From Lachnospiraceae bacterium (lineage in GTDB: Bacteria > Bacillota > Clostridia > Lachnospirales > Lachnospiraceae), in NCBI GenBank assembly GCA_014804695.1, contig JAAUZJ010000007.1, forward strand, positions 53,545 through 117,544: a DNA stretch of 64,000 bases, given 5' to 3'. Below, piece by piece: positions 19,544 to 30,636 of this stretch. Position 1 is the stretch's first letter. Each line of letters begins with the position of its first letter. The position numbers and the translations under genes are program-made. The notes below the pieces were generated by a model. The model did not search any database. It worked only from the letters and a program-made list of their open reading frames with translations, and was not told the DNA's origin.

Positions 19544-22456
19544 TTGATGGCAAAGATAAATGAAAGGCATGGTAATTACAAAATGGCAGAGTCGATAAAA
19601 ATGCGCCCCAAAGAATACATTAAAATCAGGGGCGCAAATGAACATAATCTTAAGAACATTAATGTGGATATACCGAGAAATGAATTTGTGGTCTTGACGG
19701 GACTTTCGGGTTCGGGAAAATCTTCACTTGCATTTGATACTATTTACGCGGAAGGCCAGAGAAGGTACATGGAGTCGCTGTCATCATACGCAAGGCAGTT
19801 CCTTGGGCAGATGGAGAAGCCTAATGTTGAAAAGATTGAAGGACTTTCTCCGGCGATATCCATAGACCAGAAATCCACTAATCGTAACCCGCGTTCTACG
19901 GTAGGTACGGTTACGGAAATTTATGATTATTTTCGTCTGCTTTATGCCAGAATAGGTATTCCGCATTGTCCTAACTGCGGTAAGGAAATTAAGAGGCAGA
20001 CAGTAGATCAGATGGTGGATCAGATTCTTGCCCTGCCTCAGGGAACGAAGATTCAGCTTCTTGCACCGGTAGTCAGGGGACGCAAAGGCGAGCATGCCAA
20101 GGTATTTGACAGAGCTAAGAAAAGCGGTTATGTAAGAGTTCGGGTAGATGGTAATTTATATGAATTATCGGAAGAGATCAAGTTAGAAAAAAACATTAAG
20201 CATAATATAGAAATAGTTGTGGACAGGCTTGTTGTAAAGGAGGGCATAGAGAGACGTTTAACTGATTCCATAGAAAATGTACTCAGTCTTGCAAATGGAT
20301 TGATGATCCTGGATGTAATAGACGGGGAACCGATTACTTTCAGTGAGAGCTTTTCCTGTCCGGACTGCGGAGTCAGTGTGGGTGAGATAGAACCGAGGAG
20401 TTTCTCTTTTAATAATCCTTTTGGCGCCTGTCCGGAATGTTTCGGTCTGGGATACAAGATGGAATTCGATGTGGATTTGATGATTCCGGATAAGAGTGTG
20501 AGTATAAAGGATGGTGCGATTATTGTTCTGGGATGGCAGTCGAGCGGAAGCGAAGGAAGTTTTACCAATGCCATTTTGCAGGCGCTGGCCAAGGAATACA
20601 AATTCTCTCTTGAGACACCGTTTGGCGAGCTTTCTGAGGACATACAGAAGATGCTCATTTACGGAACTGACGGAAAGAAGGTAAATGTACATTATAAGGG
20701 ACAGCGCGGAGAAGGCGTATATCCGATTGCATTTGAAGGCTTGATTAAGAATGTAGAGAGAAGATATAGGGAAACTGCGTCCGAAATCACTAAGCAGGAG
20801 TATGAGTCTTTTATGAGGATAACACCCTGCAGGGAGTGTAAGGGGATGCGTCTTAAGAAAGAGTCGTTAGCTGTAACTGTCTGTGATAAGAATATTTATG
20901 AAGTGACATCCATGTCGATTAAGGTTTTACATGAATTTATAGGAAACATGAATCTGACTAAACAGCAGGAATTGATTGGTAAACAGATTTTAAAAGAAAT
21001 AAGAGCGAGAGTGGGATTTTTAATAGAGGTGGGGCTTGATTACCTTGCGCTGTCAAGAGCTACGGCTTCATTATCCGGAGGTGAGGCGCAGCGAATACGC
21101 CTTGCAACCCAGATCGGCTCAGGGCTTGTCGGAGTCTGTTATATTCTGGACGAGCCTAGTATAGGTTTGCACCAGAGGGATAACAGCAAACTGATAGCGG
21201 CGCTTAAGAATTTAAAGGATATGGGGAATACACTTGTTGTGGTAGAGCATGACGAGGATACTATGTTTGCGGCGGATCATATTGTGGATATAGGTCCGGG
21301 AGCGGGTTCGCATGGCGGAGAAGTAGTTGCGCAAGGAACAGCAGAGGAAATCATGCAGACAGATGCATCCATAACAGGTCAGTATCTAAGCGGTAAGCTG
21401 CAGATACCGGTGCCTGACTCAAGAAGAAAACCCAATGGATTTTTGACAATTAAAGGCGCAGAAGAGAATAATCTGAAAAAAGTTAATGTCAAGATTCCTT
21501 TGAGCGTATTTACCTGCATCACGGGCGTATCAGGTTCGGGTAAGAGTTCATTAATAAACGAAATACTGTACAAACGCCTGGCGAGGGATTTGAACAGGGC
21601 AAGAACCATACCGGGGAAGCATCAGAATATTTTAGGGATAGAGCAGCTTGATAAAGTAATCAATATAGACCAGTCGCCTATAGGCAGGACGCCGCGCTCC
21701 AATCCGGCCACTTATACGGGAGTATTTGACCAGATAAGGGATTTGTTTGCATCTACGGCCGATGCCAAAGCAAGGGGCTATGGAAAAGGAAGATTCAGTT
21801 TTAATGTAAAGGGCGGAAGATGCGAGGCGTGCAGTGGCGACGGTATAATTAAGATTGAAATGCACTTTTTGCCGGATGTGTATGTACCATGCGAAGTTTG
21901 CGGCGGCAAGCGCTACAATAGGGAGACGTTGGAAGTTAAATATAAGGGAAAGAATATATATGACGTGTTGGATATGACTGTTGAAGAGGCGGTGCCTTTC
22001 TTTGAAAATCTTCCTTCTATACGCAGAAAGATTGAAACGCTGTATGATGTGGGACTTTCTTATGTGAAGCTGGGGCAGCCGTCTACCACCTTGTCAGGCG
22101 GTGAAGCGCAGCGTATTAAGCTGGCAACCGAGCTTAGCAGACGCAGCACCGGTAAAACGATTTATATTCTGGATGAGCCGACAACGGGGCTTCATTTTGC
22201 AGATGTCCATAAATTGGTTAATATTCTCCATAAACTTTCCGACGGCGGTAATACGGTAGTGGTAATCGAGCATAACCTGGATGTGATCAAGACAGCGGAC
22301 TATATTATTGATCTGGGGCCTGAGGGCGGCGATGGCGGCGGAACCGTTATTGCGGAGGGTACGCCTGAACAGATAGCGGAAAATCCGAACTCTTATACGG
22401 GAATATATGTTAAAAAGATGTTGGAGAAAGCAAGAAAATCAGTTTTTTATAAATAG
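19544..22456 (+). CDS. uvrA: Excinuclease ABC subunit A
   Basis: [14 protein letters not shown], two ABC modules ([18 protein letters not shown], two LSGGEAQRI), and zinc-finger cysteines. The start is ambiguous: TTG 19544, ATG 19547 or ATG 19583. Confidence 0.97.
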   Translation: MMAKINERHGNYKMAESIKMRPKEYIKIRGANEHNLKNINVDIPRNEFVVLTGLSGSGKSSLAFDTIYAEGQRRYMESLSSYARQFLGQMEKPNVEKIEGLSPAISIDQKSTNRNPRSTVGTVTEIYDYFRLLYARIGIPHCPNCGKEIKRQTVDQMVDQILALPQGTKIQLLAPVVRGRKGEHAKVFDRAKKSGYVRVRVDGNLYELSEEIKLEKNIKHNIEIVVDRLVVKEGIERRLTDSIENVLSLANGLMILDVIDGEPITFSESFSCPDCGVSVGEIEPRSFSFNNPFGACPECFGLGYKMEFDVDLMIPDKSVSIKDGAIIVLGWQSSGSEGSFTNAILQALAKEYKFSLETPFGELSEDIQKMLIYGTDGKKVNVHYKGQRGEGVYPIAFEGLIKNVERRYRETASEITKQEYESFMRITPCRECKGMRLKKESLAVTVCDKNIYEVTSMSIKVLHEFIGNMNLTKQQELIGKQILKEIRARVGFLIEVGLDYLALSRATASLSGGEAQRIRLATQIGSGLVGVCYILDEPSIGLHQRDNSKLIAALKNLKDMGNTLVVVEHDEDTMFAADHIVDIGPGAGSHGGEVVAQGTAEEIMQTDASITGQYLSGKLQIPVPDSRRKPNGFLTIKGAEENNLKKVNVKIPLSVFTCITGVSGSGKSSLINEILYKRLARDLNRARTIPGKHQNILGIEQLDKVINIDQSPIGRTPRSNPATYTGVFDQIRDLFASTADAKARGYGKGRFSFNVKGGRCEACSGDGIIKIEMHFLPDVYVPCEVCGGKRYNRETLEVKYKGKNIYDVLDMTVEEAVPFFENLPSIRRKIETLYDVGLSYVKLGQPSTTLSGGEAQRIKLATELSRRSTGKTIYILDEPTTGLHFADVHKLVNILHKLSDGGNTVVVIEHNLDVIKTADYIIDLGPEGGDGGGTVIAEGTPEQIAENPNSYTGIYVKKMLEKARKSVFYK

Positions 22457-22509
22457 GGGTTAAGAAAATCATAAGACATGCCGATAAATATTACAGGCAT
22501 GGAAGCCGG

Positions 22510-22540
22510 AACCAGAACGGAAGGAACCGTTCTGGTTTTT
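22510..22540 (+). terminator. Rho-independent terminator after uvrA
   Basis: AACCAGAACGG-aagg-AACCGTTCTGGTT followed by TTTT. Confidence 0.75.
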
Positions 22541-22572
22541 GCACCTTTTTATAAAAAAATTATTAAATCTAT

Positions 22573-22600
22573 TTGAAAAACTCTTTCTTTAGGTTATAAT
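22573..22600 (+). promoter_or_regulatory. Sigma-A-type promoter for the mbl/rod gene operon
   Basis: TTGAAA, a 16-nt spacer, then TATAAT. Confidence 0.5.
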
Positions 22601-22709
22601 GTATGCAGCGAACTTCGCATTTTTATCTAATTAGTAAGTTTAAATGTTTAGTTTGATAGCAATTGGAAATTCTTTAATATAGATACCGGGAGAAAGGGGA
22701 TCACAGAAA

Positions 22710-23702
22710 ATGCAGTATACGGATATCGGAATTGATTTGGGAACAGCCAGTATTTTGGTTTATATCAGAGGTAAAGGCGTTGTGCTTAAAGAACCCTCTG
22801 TCGTAGCTTTTGACAGGGATACTAATAAAATTAAAGCGATTGGTGAAGATGCAAGACTTATGCTGGGTAGGACGCCCGGCAATATCGTAGCAGTCAGACC
22901 GCTGCGTCAGGGTGTTATTTCTGATTATCAGGTAACAGAGAAAATGATGAAATATTTCATCCAGAAAGCCCTTGGTAAGAAGTCTTTCAGAAAACCGCGT
23001 ATTGCGGTGTGCGTACCAAGCGGAGTTACCGAGGTAGAGAAGAAGGCTGTAGAGGATGCTACTTATCAGGCAGGAGCCAGAGAAGTATCTATTATAGAAG
23101 AGCCGATTGCGGCAGCAATTGGGGCAGGTATAGATATTTCCAAACCATGTGGAAATATGATAGTCGACATCGGAGGAGGTACATCCGATATTGCCGTCAT
23201 TTCTTTGGGAGGCACTGTTGTCAGCGCTTCAATAAAAATTGCCGGTGATGATTTTGATGAGGCAATTGTACGATACATGCGTAAGAAACATAATCTGCTG
23301 ATTGGTGAAAGAACGGCAGAGGATTTGAAAATAAGGATTGGTTCGGCATATAAGAGGGCGGAAGTTGATTATATGGACGTCAGAGGACGTAATCTTGTAA
23401 CGGGGCTTCCGAGAACCGTAAAAGTATCTTCTGAAGAAACCGAGGAAGCGCTTCATGAAACAACGGTGCAGATCGTTGAGACAATCCACAGCGTTTTGGA
23501 GAAGACGCCTCCGGAGCTTGCAGCAGATATTGCTGACAGGGGAATTGTCCTGACAGGAGGAGGAAGCCTACTGCGTGGTTTAGAAGATTTGATTGCCGCT
23601 AAGACCGGAATTAATACTATGACCGCAGAGGACCCTATGACAGCCGTTGCGATCGGAACCGGTAAATACGTTGAGTTCCTTGCGGGATATCGCGAAGACT
23701 AA
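22710..23702 (+). CDS. mbl: Rod shape-determining actin homolog MreB/Mbl
   Basis: IGIDLGTASILVY and DIGGGTSDIAV actin-fold motifs. It is followed by two rod-protein genes, as in B. subtilis mbl-flhO-flhP. Confidence 0.95.
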   Translation: MQYTDIGIDLGTASILVYIRGKGVVLKEPSVVAFDRDTNKIKAIGEDARLMLGRTPGNIVAVRPLRQGVISDYQVTEKMMKYFIQKALGKKSFRKPRIAVCVPSGVTEVEKKAVEDATYQAGAREVSIIEEPIAAAIGAGIDISKPCGNMIVDIGGGTSDIAVISLGGTVVSASIKIAGDDFDEAIVRYMRKKHNLLIGERTAEDLKIRIGSAYKRAEVDYMDVRGRNLVTGLPRTVKVSSEETEEALHETTVQIVETIHSVLEKTPPELAADIADRGIVLTGGGSLLRGLEDLIAAKTGINTMTAEDPMTAVAIGTGKYVEFLAGYRED

Positions 23703-23722
23703 TATAAGGAGAGAACGATAAG

Positions 23723-24499
23723 ATGCTTAAAGGATTATACACTGCCTATACAGGCATGATTAATGAGCAGCACAGAATGGATACCATGACTAACAATTTG
23801 GCTAATGCTACTACTAACGGTTTTAAGAAGGAAGGTGCAACAAGCCAGTCATTTGACAGGGTACTTGCATACAAGATAAAAGATACTTCGGAAGCGGGTA
23901 ATCTGTCAAAGAGATTAGGAAGCATGAGCATGGGTGTTAAGATCGGAGAGAATTATGTGGATTATTCGGTCGGTTCCTTTAAAGAAACGGGGAATACATT
24001 GGATCTGGCACTGTCCGGAAGCGGATTTTTCACAATATCGTTTACAAATAAAGCCGGAGAGACATCAGTTAAGTATACCAGAGATGGTAACTTTACAATG
24101 AATACTCAGGGGTATCTGATGACTCAGGAAGGTGACTATGTGCTTAATGACAGTGGAAGAACAATTCGTCTTGACCCTAACGAAACGATTACAATAGATC
24201 GTTTTGGAGATATATATCAGGACGGTGCCTATGTTGATACCATAGGGATAACAGATTTTGAGAACTATGATTATTTAGAGCGTTACGGAGAAAATTATTT
24301 CCAACCTGTGCAGGGTGCAAGGACAACTGAAGCAGATACTAATGTGTATTCGGGATATCTGGAAATGTCAAATATATCGGTTGTAACGGAAATGGTTAAC
24401 ATGATTACTATTCAGAGGCAGTATGAAGCCAATCAGAAGGTAATTACTACATATGATTCTACATTGGACAATGCAGTAAATCAGACGGGTAGGTTATAA
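23723..24499 (+). CDS. Flagellar basal-body rod protein (FlgF/FlhO-like)
   Basis: N-terminal rod motif (MTNNLANATTNGFK) and C-terminal GYLEMSNISVVTEMVNMITIQRQYEANQK. Confidence 0.85.
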   Translation: MLKGLYTAYTGMINEQHRMDTMTNNLANATTNGFKKEGATSQSFDRVLAYKIKDTSEAGNLSKRLGSMSMGVKIGENYVDYSVGSFKETGNTLDLALSGSGFFTISFTNKAGETSVKYTRDGNFTMNTQGYLMTQEGDYVLNDSGRTIRLDPNETITIDRFGDIYQDGAYVDTIGITDFENYDYLERYGENYFQPVQGARTTEADTNVYSGYLEMSNISVVTEMVNMITIQRQYEANQKVITTYDSTLDNAVNQTGRL

Positions 24500-24537
24500 G
24501 ACGGAAAGAAGTAATGTATAACAGGGAGGAATAACAA

Positions 24538-25353
24538 ATGGTTAGAAGTTTATGGACTGCAGCAACCGGAATGAACGCACAGCAGACAAACGTAGATACG
24601 ATTGCAAATAATCTTGCAAATGTTAACTCGGCAGGATATAAAGCACAGAATGCGCAGTTTAAATCTTTGCTTTATCAAACCTTACAGACAAAGACAACGA
24701 CGGCTAACGGAGATACCAAGCCTACAACTTCACAGGTTGGACTTGGCGTACGTACATCTTCTATTAATAGTATTTTTACTCAGGGCAGTCTGCTTGCATC
24801 TGAAAGCGATACCGCATTTGCAATTTCAGGAGACGGTTTCTTTGCAGTAAGAGGAGAAGACGGACTGACATATTATACCAGAAACGGTGATTTTACATGG
24901 GCAATTGGCACAAACGGCGGAATGATGCTGACTAATCAGGACGGGCTTCCGGTGATCAATACCGAAGGAAGAGCAATAACATTAGATCGTTCATATGTTG
25001 CCAGTAGATTATCGGTTTCACAGGATGGCGAGATTTGCTATCCGGATGAAAATAATGTTGCGCAGCCCATAGGAATTACAATTGGTCTTTTCCAGTTCAA
25101 TAATCCGGGCGGTCTTGAGAGAGTTGGTGACACATTATTTGCCAGAACTGATGCGAGTGGTGCGGCACTCAATGAAGCAACTGCGGATGTTCAGCCAAGT
25201 AAGGTTATTCAGGGCTATTTGGAAGGTTCCAATGTCTCCGTTGCGGATGAGATGGTAAATCTGATTGTGGCGCAGCGTGCTTATGAGATGAACTCCAAAG
25301 CGATTACAACGTCGGATTCCATGATGGATACCGCAAACAATCTTAAACGATAA
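24538..25353 (+). CDS. flgG: Flagellar basal-body rod protein FlgG (FlhP-like)
   Basis: MVRSLWTAATGMNAQQTNVDTIANNLANVNSAGYK and C-terminal GYLEGSNVSVADEMVNLIVAQRAYEMNSK. Confidence 0.9.
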   Translation: MVRSLWTAATGMNAQQTNVDTIANNLANVNSAGYKAQNAQFKSLLYQTLQTKTTTANGDTKPTTSQVGLGVRTSSINSIFTQGSLLASESDTAFAISGDGFFAVRGEDGLTYYTRNGDFTWAIGTNGGMMLTNQDGLPVINTEGRAITLDRSYVASRLSVSQDGEICYPDENNVAQPIGITIGLFQFNNPGGLERVGDTLFARTDASGAALNEATADVQPSKVIQGYLEGSNVSVADEMVNLIVAQRAYEMNSKAITTSDSMMDTANNLKR

Positions 25354-25378
25354 TTGATTGGGAACAGGGAGAATTATT

Positions 25379-25762
25379 ATGGATATTTCAGGACTTTCAG
25401 GTTATACAGATTATTTGGTACAGGCTAACAATGCCTCTGCTGAAGCTTTAAAAAATAAATTGAATCAGACAGCCAATTCGGATGATACAGATGATGAAGA
25501 ACTTTTAGAAGTCTGTAAGCAGTTTGAGGCATATCTCTGGGAGCAGGTTCTAAACAGCATGGAGAAAACTGCTAAGATATTCAGCGATGATGACGATGAA
25601 GACAGTTATGCAAGCAACATGGTAGATGTTTTTAAAGATACGGCAATTCAGGAGATTGCATCGCAGATGACCTCGGAAACACAGGGAGCTAATTCCCTTG
25701 CGCAGATGCTGTATGAACAGCTGAAAAGGAATATTAACCCGGTTACATTGGAGGAGATATAA
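25379..25762 (+). CDS. Rod-binding protein (FlgJ N-terminal domain-like, no muramidase domain)
   Basis: CKQFEAYLWEQVLNSMEKT is the rod-binding motif. I prefer the ATG at 25379 over the TTG at 25358. Confidence 0.7.
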   Translation: MDISGLSGYTDYLVQANNASAEALKNKLNQTANSDDTDDEELLEVCKQFEAYLWEQVLNSMEKTAKIFSDDDDEDSYASNMVDVFKDTAIQEIASQMTSETQGANSLAQMLYEQLKRNINPVTLEEI

Positions 25763-25814
25763 TTAAACGCCTTTGTAATTGTGAAAATGGATTACTTATT
25801 AGGATACTATTAAT

Positions 25815-25840
25815 AGGCTGCTGATTCTGGCAGCCTATTT
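25815..25840 (+). terminator. Rho-independent terminator
   Basis: AGGCTGC-loop-GCAGCCT followed by ATTT. Confidence 0.6.
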
Positions 25841-25858
25841 GCGTTAAGTAGGATTGAT

Positions 25859-28105
25859 ATGGATAAAATAAAAGGTTATATTGAGCATATTATATATCGT
25901 AATAGCGACAATGGGTATACGGTTTGCAATTTAATTTCCGATGGCGAAGAAATAACCTGCGTTGGGAATTTCAGAGCTATAGATCAGGGAGAAACAATAG
26001 AGGCATCAGGAAATTATGTGGCACATCCGGTCTATGGCGAACAATTTAAAATAGCAGAGTATGAGATTGTGGCGCCTGATGATGTGGTAAGTATGGAGCG
26101 TTATCTTGGTTCGGGAGCTGTCAAAGGCGTAGGAGAGGCGCTCGCAGCAAGGATAGTCAAGCGCTTTGGCAGCGATACATTCCGTATTATTGAAGAAGAA
26201 CCGGAGCGCCTTGCAGAAATAAAAGGAATAAGCGAGCGTAAGGCGAAAGAAATTGCAATACAGGTATATGAAAAAAGAGATGCAAGGGAAGCGATGACTT
26301 TTCTTCAGAAATATGGCATTTCTAATACACTTGCAATACGTATTTATGAAACATACGGCATGAATCTGTATGGTATTATGAAAGAAAATCCGTATCAGCT
26401 TGCGGAGGATATCGACGGAATCGGTTTTAAAATTGCAGATGGGATAGCGGCCAGAATAGGAATTCATACGGACTGCGATTATCGTATCAGAAGCGGCTTG
26501 CTCTATACGTTGATGCAGGCCGGAGCTGAGGGACACTGTTATCTGCCTAAGAATATCCTTTTAAACAAAGCGGGAGAGTTACTTGAGCTTGATCCGGCGC
26601 TTATGGAACCGCAGCTTCAAAATCTTGCAATGGACAAGAAGATAGTAATGAAAATGCCCACAGAGGGAGAAACAGACCAGAAGGTCTATGGAATGACATA
26701 TTATTACGCCGAGTTAAACTGTGCCAAAATGCTTCATGATCTGAATGTTTCGGTTAAGGAAGATGAGGGGCAATATGCAGGCCAGGAGAGGGCACTGAAA
26801 AAGATTGAGTCTTTAGAAAAAGAGCTTAAAATAGAATTGGACGAGCTTCAGAAAAAGGCAGTTTTAGAGTGCATAAGAAATGGTATCATGATACTCACCG
26901 GGGGCCCCGGAACCGGTAAGACAACTACAATAAATATGATCATCCGTTATTTCTTGTCAGAAGAAATGGATATTTTTCTGGCGGCGCCTACAGGCCGTGC
27001 GGCCAAGAGAATGACGGAAACAACCGGGTATGAAGCAAGGACGATCCATAGACTTTTAGAGCTTAACGGAGTAGTTTCCGAAGGCTCCAGATCGGCACGT
27101 TTTGAAAAAAATGAGGAGAATCCTTTAGAGGCCGATGTAGTTATAATAGATGAAATGTCGATGGTGGATATTTTTCTTTTTCAGTCTCTTTTAAAAGCGG
27201 TTTCGGTGGGAACGAGGTTGGTAATGGTTGGCGATGTCAATCAACTCCCGTCGGTCGGGGCCGGTCAGATTTTACATGATTTGTTAAAAAGCGAGCGTTT
27301 TCAGGTTGTCAATCTGGAGAAAATTTTCAGACAGGCCAAGGAAAGCGATATAGTACTCAATGCCCATAGGATAAAAAACGGGGAAGAAATTGTGCTGGAT
27401 AACAAAAGCAGGGATTTTTTCTTTTTGGAGAGAAATGACACTAATGTCATGTACAAGCATATGATTCAGCTGATCTTAGAGAAGCTTCCGCCGTATGTAG
27501 GGGCGCAGCCCTATGATATTCAGGTACTTACACCGATGCGCAAAGGAAAACTTGGTGTAGAGACGCTCAACTCCATTTTACAAAGATACCTAAATCCGCC
27601 TTCCGAAAATAAACATGAGTACATAAACGGCGATACTTTATTTCGTGAAAAAGACAAAGTAATGCAGATTAAAAATAATTACCAGCTGGAGTGGGAAGTT
27701 GTAAGTAAATATGGAATCCCTATAGATAAGGGCTTAGGTATTTTTAACGGAGATATTGGAATTATTATAGAGATAAATGAATATACTCGCAGTGTGGTAG
27801 TGGAGTATGATGAACACCGCAGGGTGACATATCCGTTTGCACAGCTTGACGAAATAGAGCTTGCCTATGCGATTACCATACACAAATCCCAGGGAAGCGA
27901 ATATCCGGCGGTTATTATGCCGCTGTTATCAGGACCGCGGATGCTTTTTAACAGAAATCTGCTTTATACGGGGGTGACAAGAGCCAGAAGCTGTGTTACC
28001 ATTTTAGGGAGCAGTGCAACCATTGACGAAATGATAAATAATAACTATCAGAACAGGCGCTACACCGGCCTGTCTGAACGAATCAGGGAATTAATTGAAG
28101 CATGA
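25859..28105 (+). CDS. recD2: ATP-dependent RecD-like DNA helicase (RecD2)
   Basis: SF1 helicase with GGPGTGKTT Walker A, VIIDEMSMV, GDVNQLPSVGAGQ, and the C-terminal YAITIHKSQGSE...LLYTGVTRA. Confidence 0.9.
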   Translation: MDKIKGYIEHIIYRNSDNGYTVCNLISDGEEITCVGNFRAIDQGETIEASGNYVAHPVYGEQFKIAEYEIVAPDDVVSMERYLGSGAVKGVGEALAARIVKRFGSDTFRIIEEEPERLAEIKGISERKAKEIAIQVYEKRDAREAMTFLQKYGISNTLAIRIYETYGMNLYGIMKENPYQLAEDIDGIGFKIADGIAARIGIHTDCDYRIRSGLLYTLMQAGAEGHCYLPKNILLNKAGELLELDPALMEPQLQNLAMDKKIVMKMPTEGETDQKVYGMTYYYAELNCAKMLHDLNVSVKEDEGQYAGQERALKKIESLEKELKIELDELQKKAVLECIRNGIMILTGGPGTGKTTTINMIIRYFLSEEMDIFLAAPTGRAAKRMTETTGYEARTIHRLLELNGVVSEGSRSARFEKNEENPLEADVVIIDEMSMVDIFLFQSLLKAVSVGTRLVMVGDVNQLPSVGAGQILHDLLKSERFQVVNLEKIFRQAKESDIVLNAHRIKNGEEIVLDNKSRDFFFLERNDTNVMYKHMIQLILEKLPPYVGAQPYDIQVLTPMRKGKLGVETLNSILQRYLNPPSENKHEYINGDTLFREKDKVMQIKNNYQLEWEVVSKYGIPIDKGLGIFNGDIGIIIEINEYTRSVVVEYDEHRRVTYPFAQLDEIELAYAITIHKSQGSEYPAVIMPLLSGPRMLFNRNLLYTGVTRARSCVTILGSSATIDEMINNNYQNRRYTGLSERIRELIEA

Positions 28106-28830
28106 GAGAAAATCTATTTAAAGTATTCTTTGGGATGCTTCTGGATCTTGTATATCCAAGAAGGTGTCCTGTCTGTGACAAGGCTGTCAAGCCTTTCGGA
28201 AACCTCATCTGTGAGGAATGTAAAAAGAAAATAAAGTATATAAAGGCTCCGTATTGTCAAAAATGCGGGAAAGAGCTTAAGGACAAAAGAGCTGTCTTTT
28301 GCCATGACTGCGGATGTAAGGAACATAGCTATGACAGCGGTATGGCGCTTTTTGCGTATACAAGTGTGTCAGATTCTATATACCGTTTTAAATATTGTGG
28401 CAGGCAGGAATATGCTGCATATTATGGTGATAGGATTGCCGCGGTGCTGGGGGAGAGGATTCTTGCGCTTAAACCGGATGCTTTGGTGCCGGTTCCGATC
28501 CATGCATCCAAGAAAAGGGTTCGTGGATACAATCAGGCTAAGCTGATTGCCGATGAAGTTGGAAAGCGTCTTGGCATACCTGTAGAGAGTAATTTGGTCG
28601 AAAGAATAAAAAAGACCGTACCAATGAAAGATTTATCTGCACAGGAAAGACAAAATAATTTGAAAAGGGCTTTTAAAATCCGCTATAATGATGTAAAATT
28701 AAATACAGTTATAATAGTTGATGATATTTATACAACAGGAAGTACTATTGATGCTATTGCGGGGGAGCTGCATCATATAGGAGTAAAGCATATTTATTTT
28801 ATTGCGCTTGCAATAGGAAATGGAATGTGA
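28102..28830 (+). CDS. comFC: ComF family protein (ComFC-like phosphoribosyltransferase)
   Basis: N-terminal zinc-finger cysteines (CPVC...CEEC...CQKCG...CHDC) and the PRTase motif VIIVDDIYTTGST. The start overlaps the recD2 stop (ATGA). Confidence 0.85.
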   Translation: MRENLFKVFFGMLLDLVYPRRCPVCDKAVKPFGNLICEECKKKIKYIKAPYCQKCGKELKDKRAVFCHDCGCKEHSYDSGMALFAYTSVSDSIYRFKYCGRQEYAAYYGDRIAAVLGERILALKPDALVPVPIHASKKRVRGYNQAKLIADEVGKRLGIPVESNLVERIKKTVPMKDLSAQERQNNLKRAFKIRYNDVKLNTVIIVDDIYTTGSTIDAIAGELHHIGVKHIYFIALAIGNGM

Positions 28831-28844
28831 TTGGAGGAAATAAT

Positions 28845-29252
28845 ATGAATGTACGTAATTGTAGAAAGTGCGGAAGAATTTTTAACTATGTATCGGGACC
28901 GCCGATATGTATGCAGTGCAAGGAAGCATTGGAAGAAAAATTCCAGGAAGTAAAGAAATATATTTATGAAAACAGGCATGCATCGATTCCACAGGTATCG
29001 GAGGCTTGCGATGTATCCCCGAACCAGATTCAGCAGTGGCTTCGTGAGGAGCGTCTGGAGTTGGCGGAAGGTTCCGGCATTACTCTGTTTTGTGAGAATT
29101 GTGAAGCGCCGATCATGTCCGGACGTTTCTGCGATAAGTGCAAAAATTCGATGGCTGATCAGTTAAATAGCAGTATTAGGAAACCGGAAGCGCCGAAACC
29201 CAAACCGAAGAAGGATACCAAAGAAAATCCCAAGATGCGTTTCCTGAACTAA
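28845..29252 (+). CDS. YvyF-like flagellar operon zinc-ribbon protein
   Basis: MNVRNCRKCGRIFNYVSGPPICMQCKEALEEKF...QIQQWLREERL resembles B. subtilis YvyF, which also follows comFC. ATG at 28845 with a GGAGG RBS. Confidence 0.7.
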   Translation: MNVRNCRKCGRIFNYVSGPPICMQCKEALEEKFQEVKKYIYENRHASIPQVSEACDVSPNQIQQWLREERLELAEGSGITLFCENCEAPIMSGRFCDKCKNSMADQLNSSIRKPEAPKPKPKKDTKENPKMRFLN

Positions 29253-29271
29253 TTTAAGATGGGAGATTTTC

Positions 29272-29661
29272 ATGCTGAATGAAGAACGCGTGATTCTGAT
29301 GACCAAACTTGCATCTTATGAGGCAGGCGAGGGAAAGAAAAATGTTGCGATTGGCAGTTACTTTCGCAGCGATTATATAGGATGGCAGGTGTTAAAATCC
29401 ATTATAAGTGCAAGTATAGCATTTGTAGTGGTTTTTGCCATGTACATTTTTTATGATTTTGAAGTCTTTATGATGGATATTTATAAGATGGATTTACTGG
29501 AATTTTGCAAAAATGTCCTGCTTTGGTACGCTGCTGTGGTAGGAACGTATGCGGTGGTATCTTATATTGTATATACTTACCGCTATAGCAAGGCGCGTAA
29601 AAGCCTGCGGCTGTATTACAAGAATTTGAGAAAACTGGCTAATATGTACGAAAATAGATGA
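29272..29661 (+). CDS. Hypothetical membrane protein (2 predicted TM helices)
   Basis: Good coding potential and tight spacing with its neighbours. I recognise no motif. Confidence 0.5.
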   Translation: MLNEERVILMTKLASYEAGEGKKNVAIGSYFRSDYIGWQVLKSIISASIAFVVVFAMYIFYDFEVFMMDIYKMDLLEFCKNVLLWYAAVVGTYAVVSYIVYTYRYSKARKSLRLYYKNLRKLANMYENR

Positions 29662-29677
29662 ACATTTGAAAGGATGA

Positions 29678-30625
29678 ATGATGACAACCTTACTTGTTGC
29701 AAAACAGTATTTAAAGCTGTTTTACAGTAAATATGAGATTTATATTACTCCTTTGATGAAATTTATGTTGGCGTTAATATCATTGCTGCTTATTAATGCA
29801 AATCTGGGTTATATGAATAGCATTAATAAATTAGCAATTGTCTTGATCGCAGCGCTGATGTGTTCTTTTATGCCGACAAATTTCATCGTAATTATGGCTG
29901 CGCTTTTTGCTCTTTTGCATATGTATGCATTCAGTCTGGAGTGTGCGGTTGTAGTTGGCGGAGTTTTCTTACTCATGTTTTTGCTGTATTTTAGATTTTC
30001 CCCAAAGGATACGGCAGTGGTAGTATTGACTCCCCTCTGCTTTCTCCTTAAAATACCATATGTTATCCCGATTTCTATGGGGCTTATCGGAACACCGGCA
30101 TCGGCAGTTTCCGTTGCCTGCGGTGTAATATCGTATTACATGATTAGTTATGTAAACAAAAATGCAACTGTGATCAGCAGTGCGGCAGCTGAAGAAACGG
30201 CGGCGAAATTCAAACTGATCATAGACGGTATTCTGGGAAATAAGGAAATGATTGTGACGATAGTGGCGTTCGCGGTTACTATTGTACTGGTTTATATGAT
30301 TCGGAGAATGAGTGTTGATTATGCTTGGACTATTGCAATGGTAGTGGGTGCAATTGTCAATATTATGGTTCTTCTGATCGGTGATTTAATGTTTGATATA
30401 AATGTATCACTGTTATCTGCAATTGTGGGAACCATATTTTCATTCTTATTAACGCTTATATTACAATTTTTTGTATTCCATGTGGACTATATGAGGGCTG
30501 AAAAAGTACAATTTGAGGATGATGAGTATTATTATTATGTCAAAGCAGTACCCAAGGTAACTGTTACCAGACCTGAGAAGAAGGTAACGCATATTGCCGG
30601 GCAGAATAAAATAAGGAAAAGTTAA
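29678..30625 (+). CDS. Hypothetical polytopic membrane protein
   Basis: About 8 hydrophobic segments with a hydrophilic C-terminal tail (FEDDEYYYYVKAVPK...). I recognise no motif. Confidence 0.5.
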   Translation: MMTTLLVAKQYLKLFYSKYEIYITPLMKFMLALISLLLINANLGYMNSINKLAIVLIAALMCSFMPTNFIVIMAALFALLHMYAFSLECAVVVGGVFLLMFLLYFRFSPKDTAVVVLTPLCFLLKIPYVIPISMGLIGTPASAVSVACGVISYYMISYVNKNATVISSAAAEETAAKFKLIIDGILGNKEMIVTIVAFAVTIVLVYMIRRMSVDYAWTIAMVVGAIVNIMVLLIGDLMFDINVSLLSAIVGTIFSFLLTLILQFFVFHVDYMRAEKVQFEDDEYYYYVKAVPKVTVTRPEKKVTHIAGQNKIRKS

Positions 30626-30636
30626 ATGGAAGTGTT

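Noticed and set aside
22461-22487. A sigma-D (FliA)-like promoter TAAG-N15-GCCGATAA between uvrA and the mbl/rod operon.
   Set aside because: It matches the TAAA-N15-GCCGATAT consensus at 3/4 and 7/8 positions and has a suggestive context. However, it lies upstream of the uvrA terminator hairpin (22510-22540), so transcripts would be terminated before reaching mbl. A match of this quality is expected by chance in 64 kb of AT-rich DNA.
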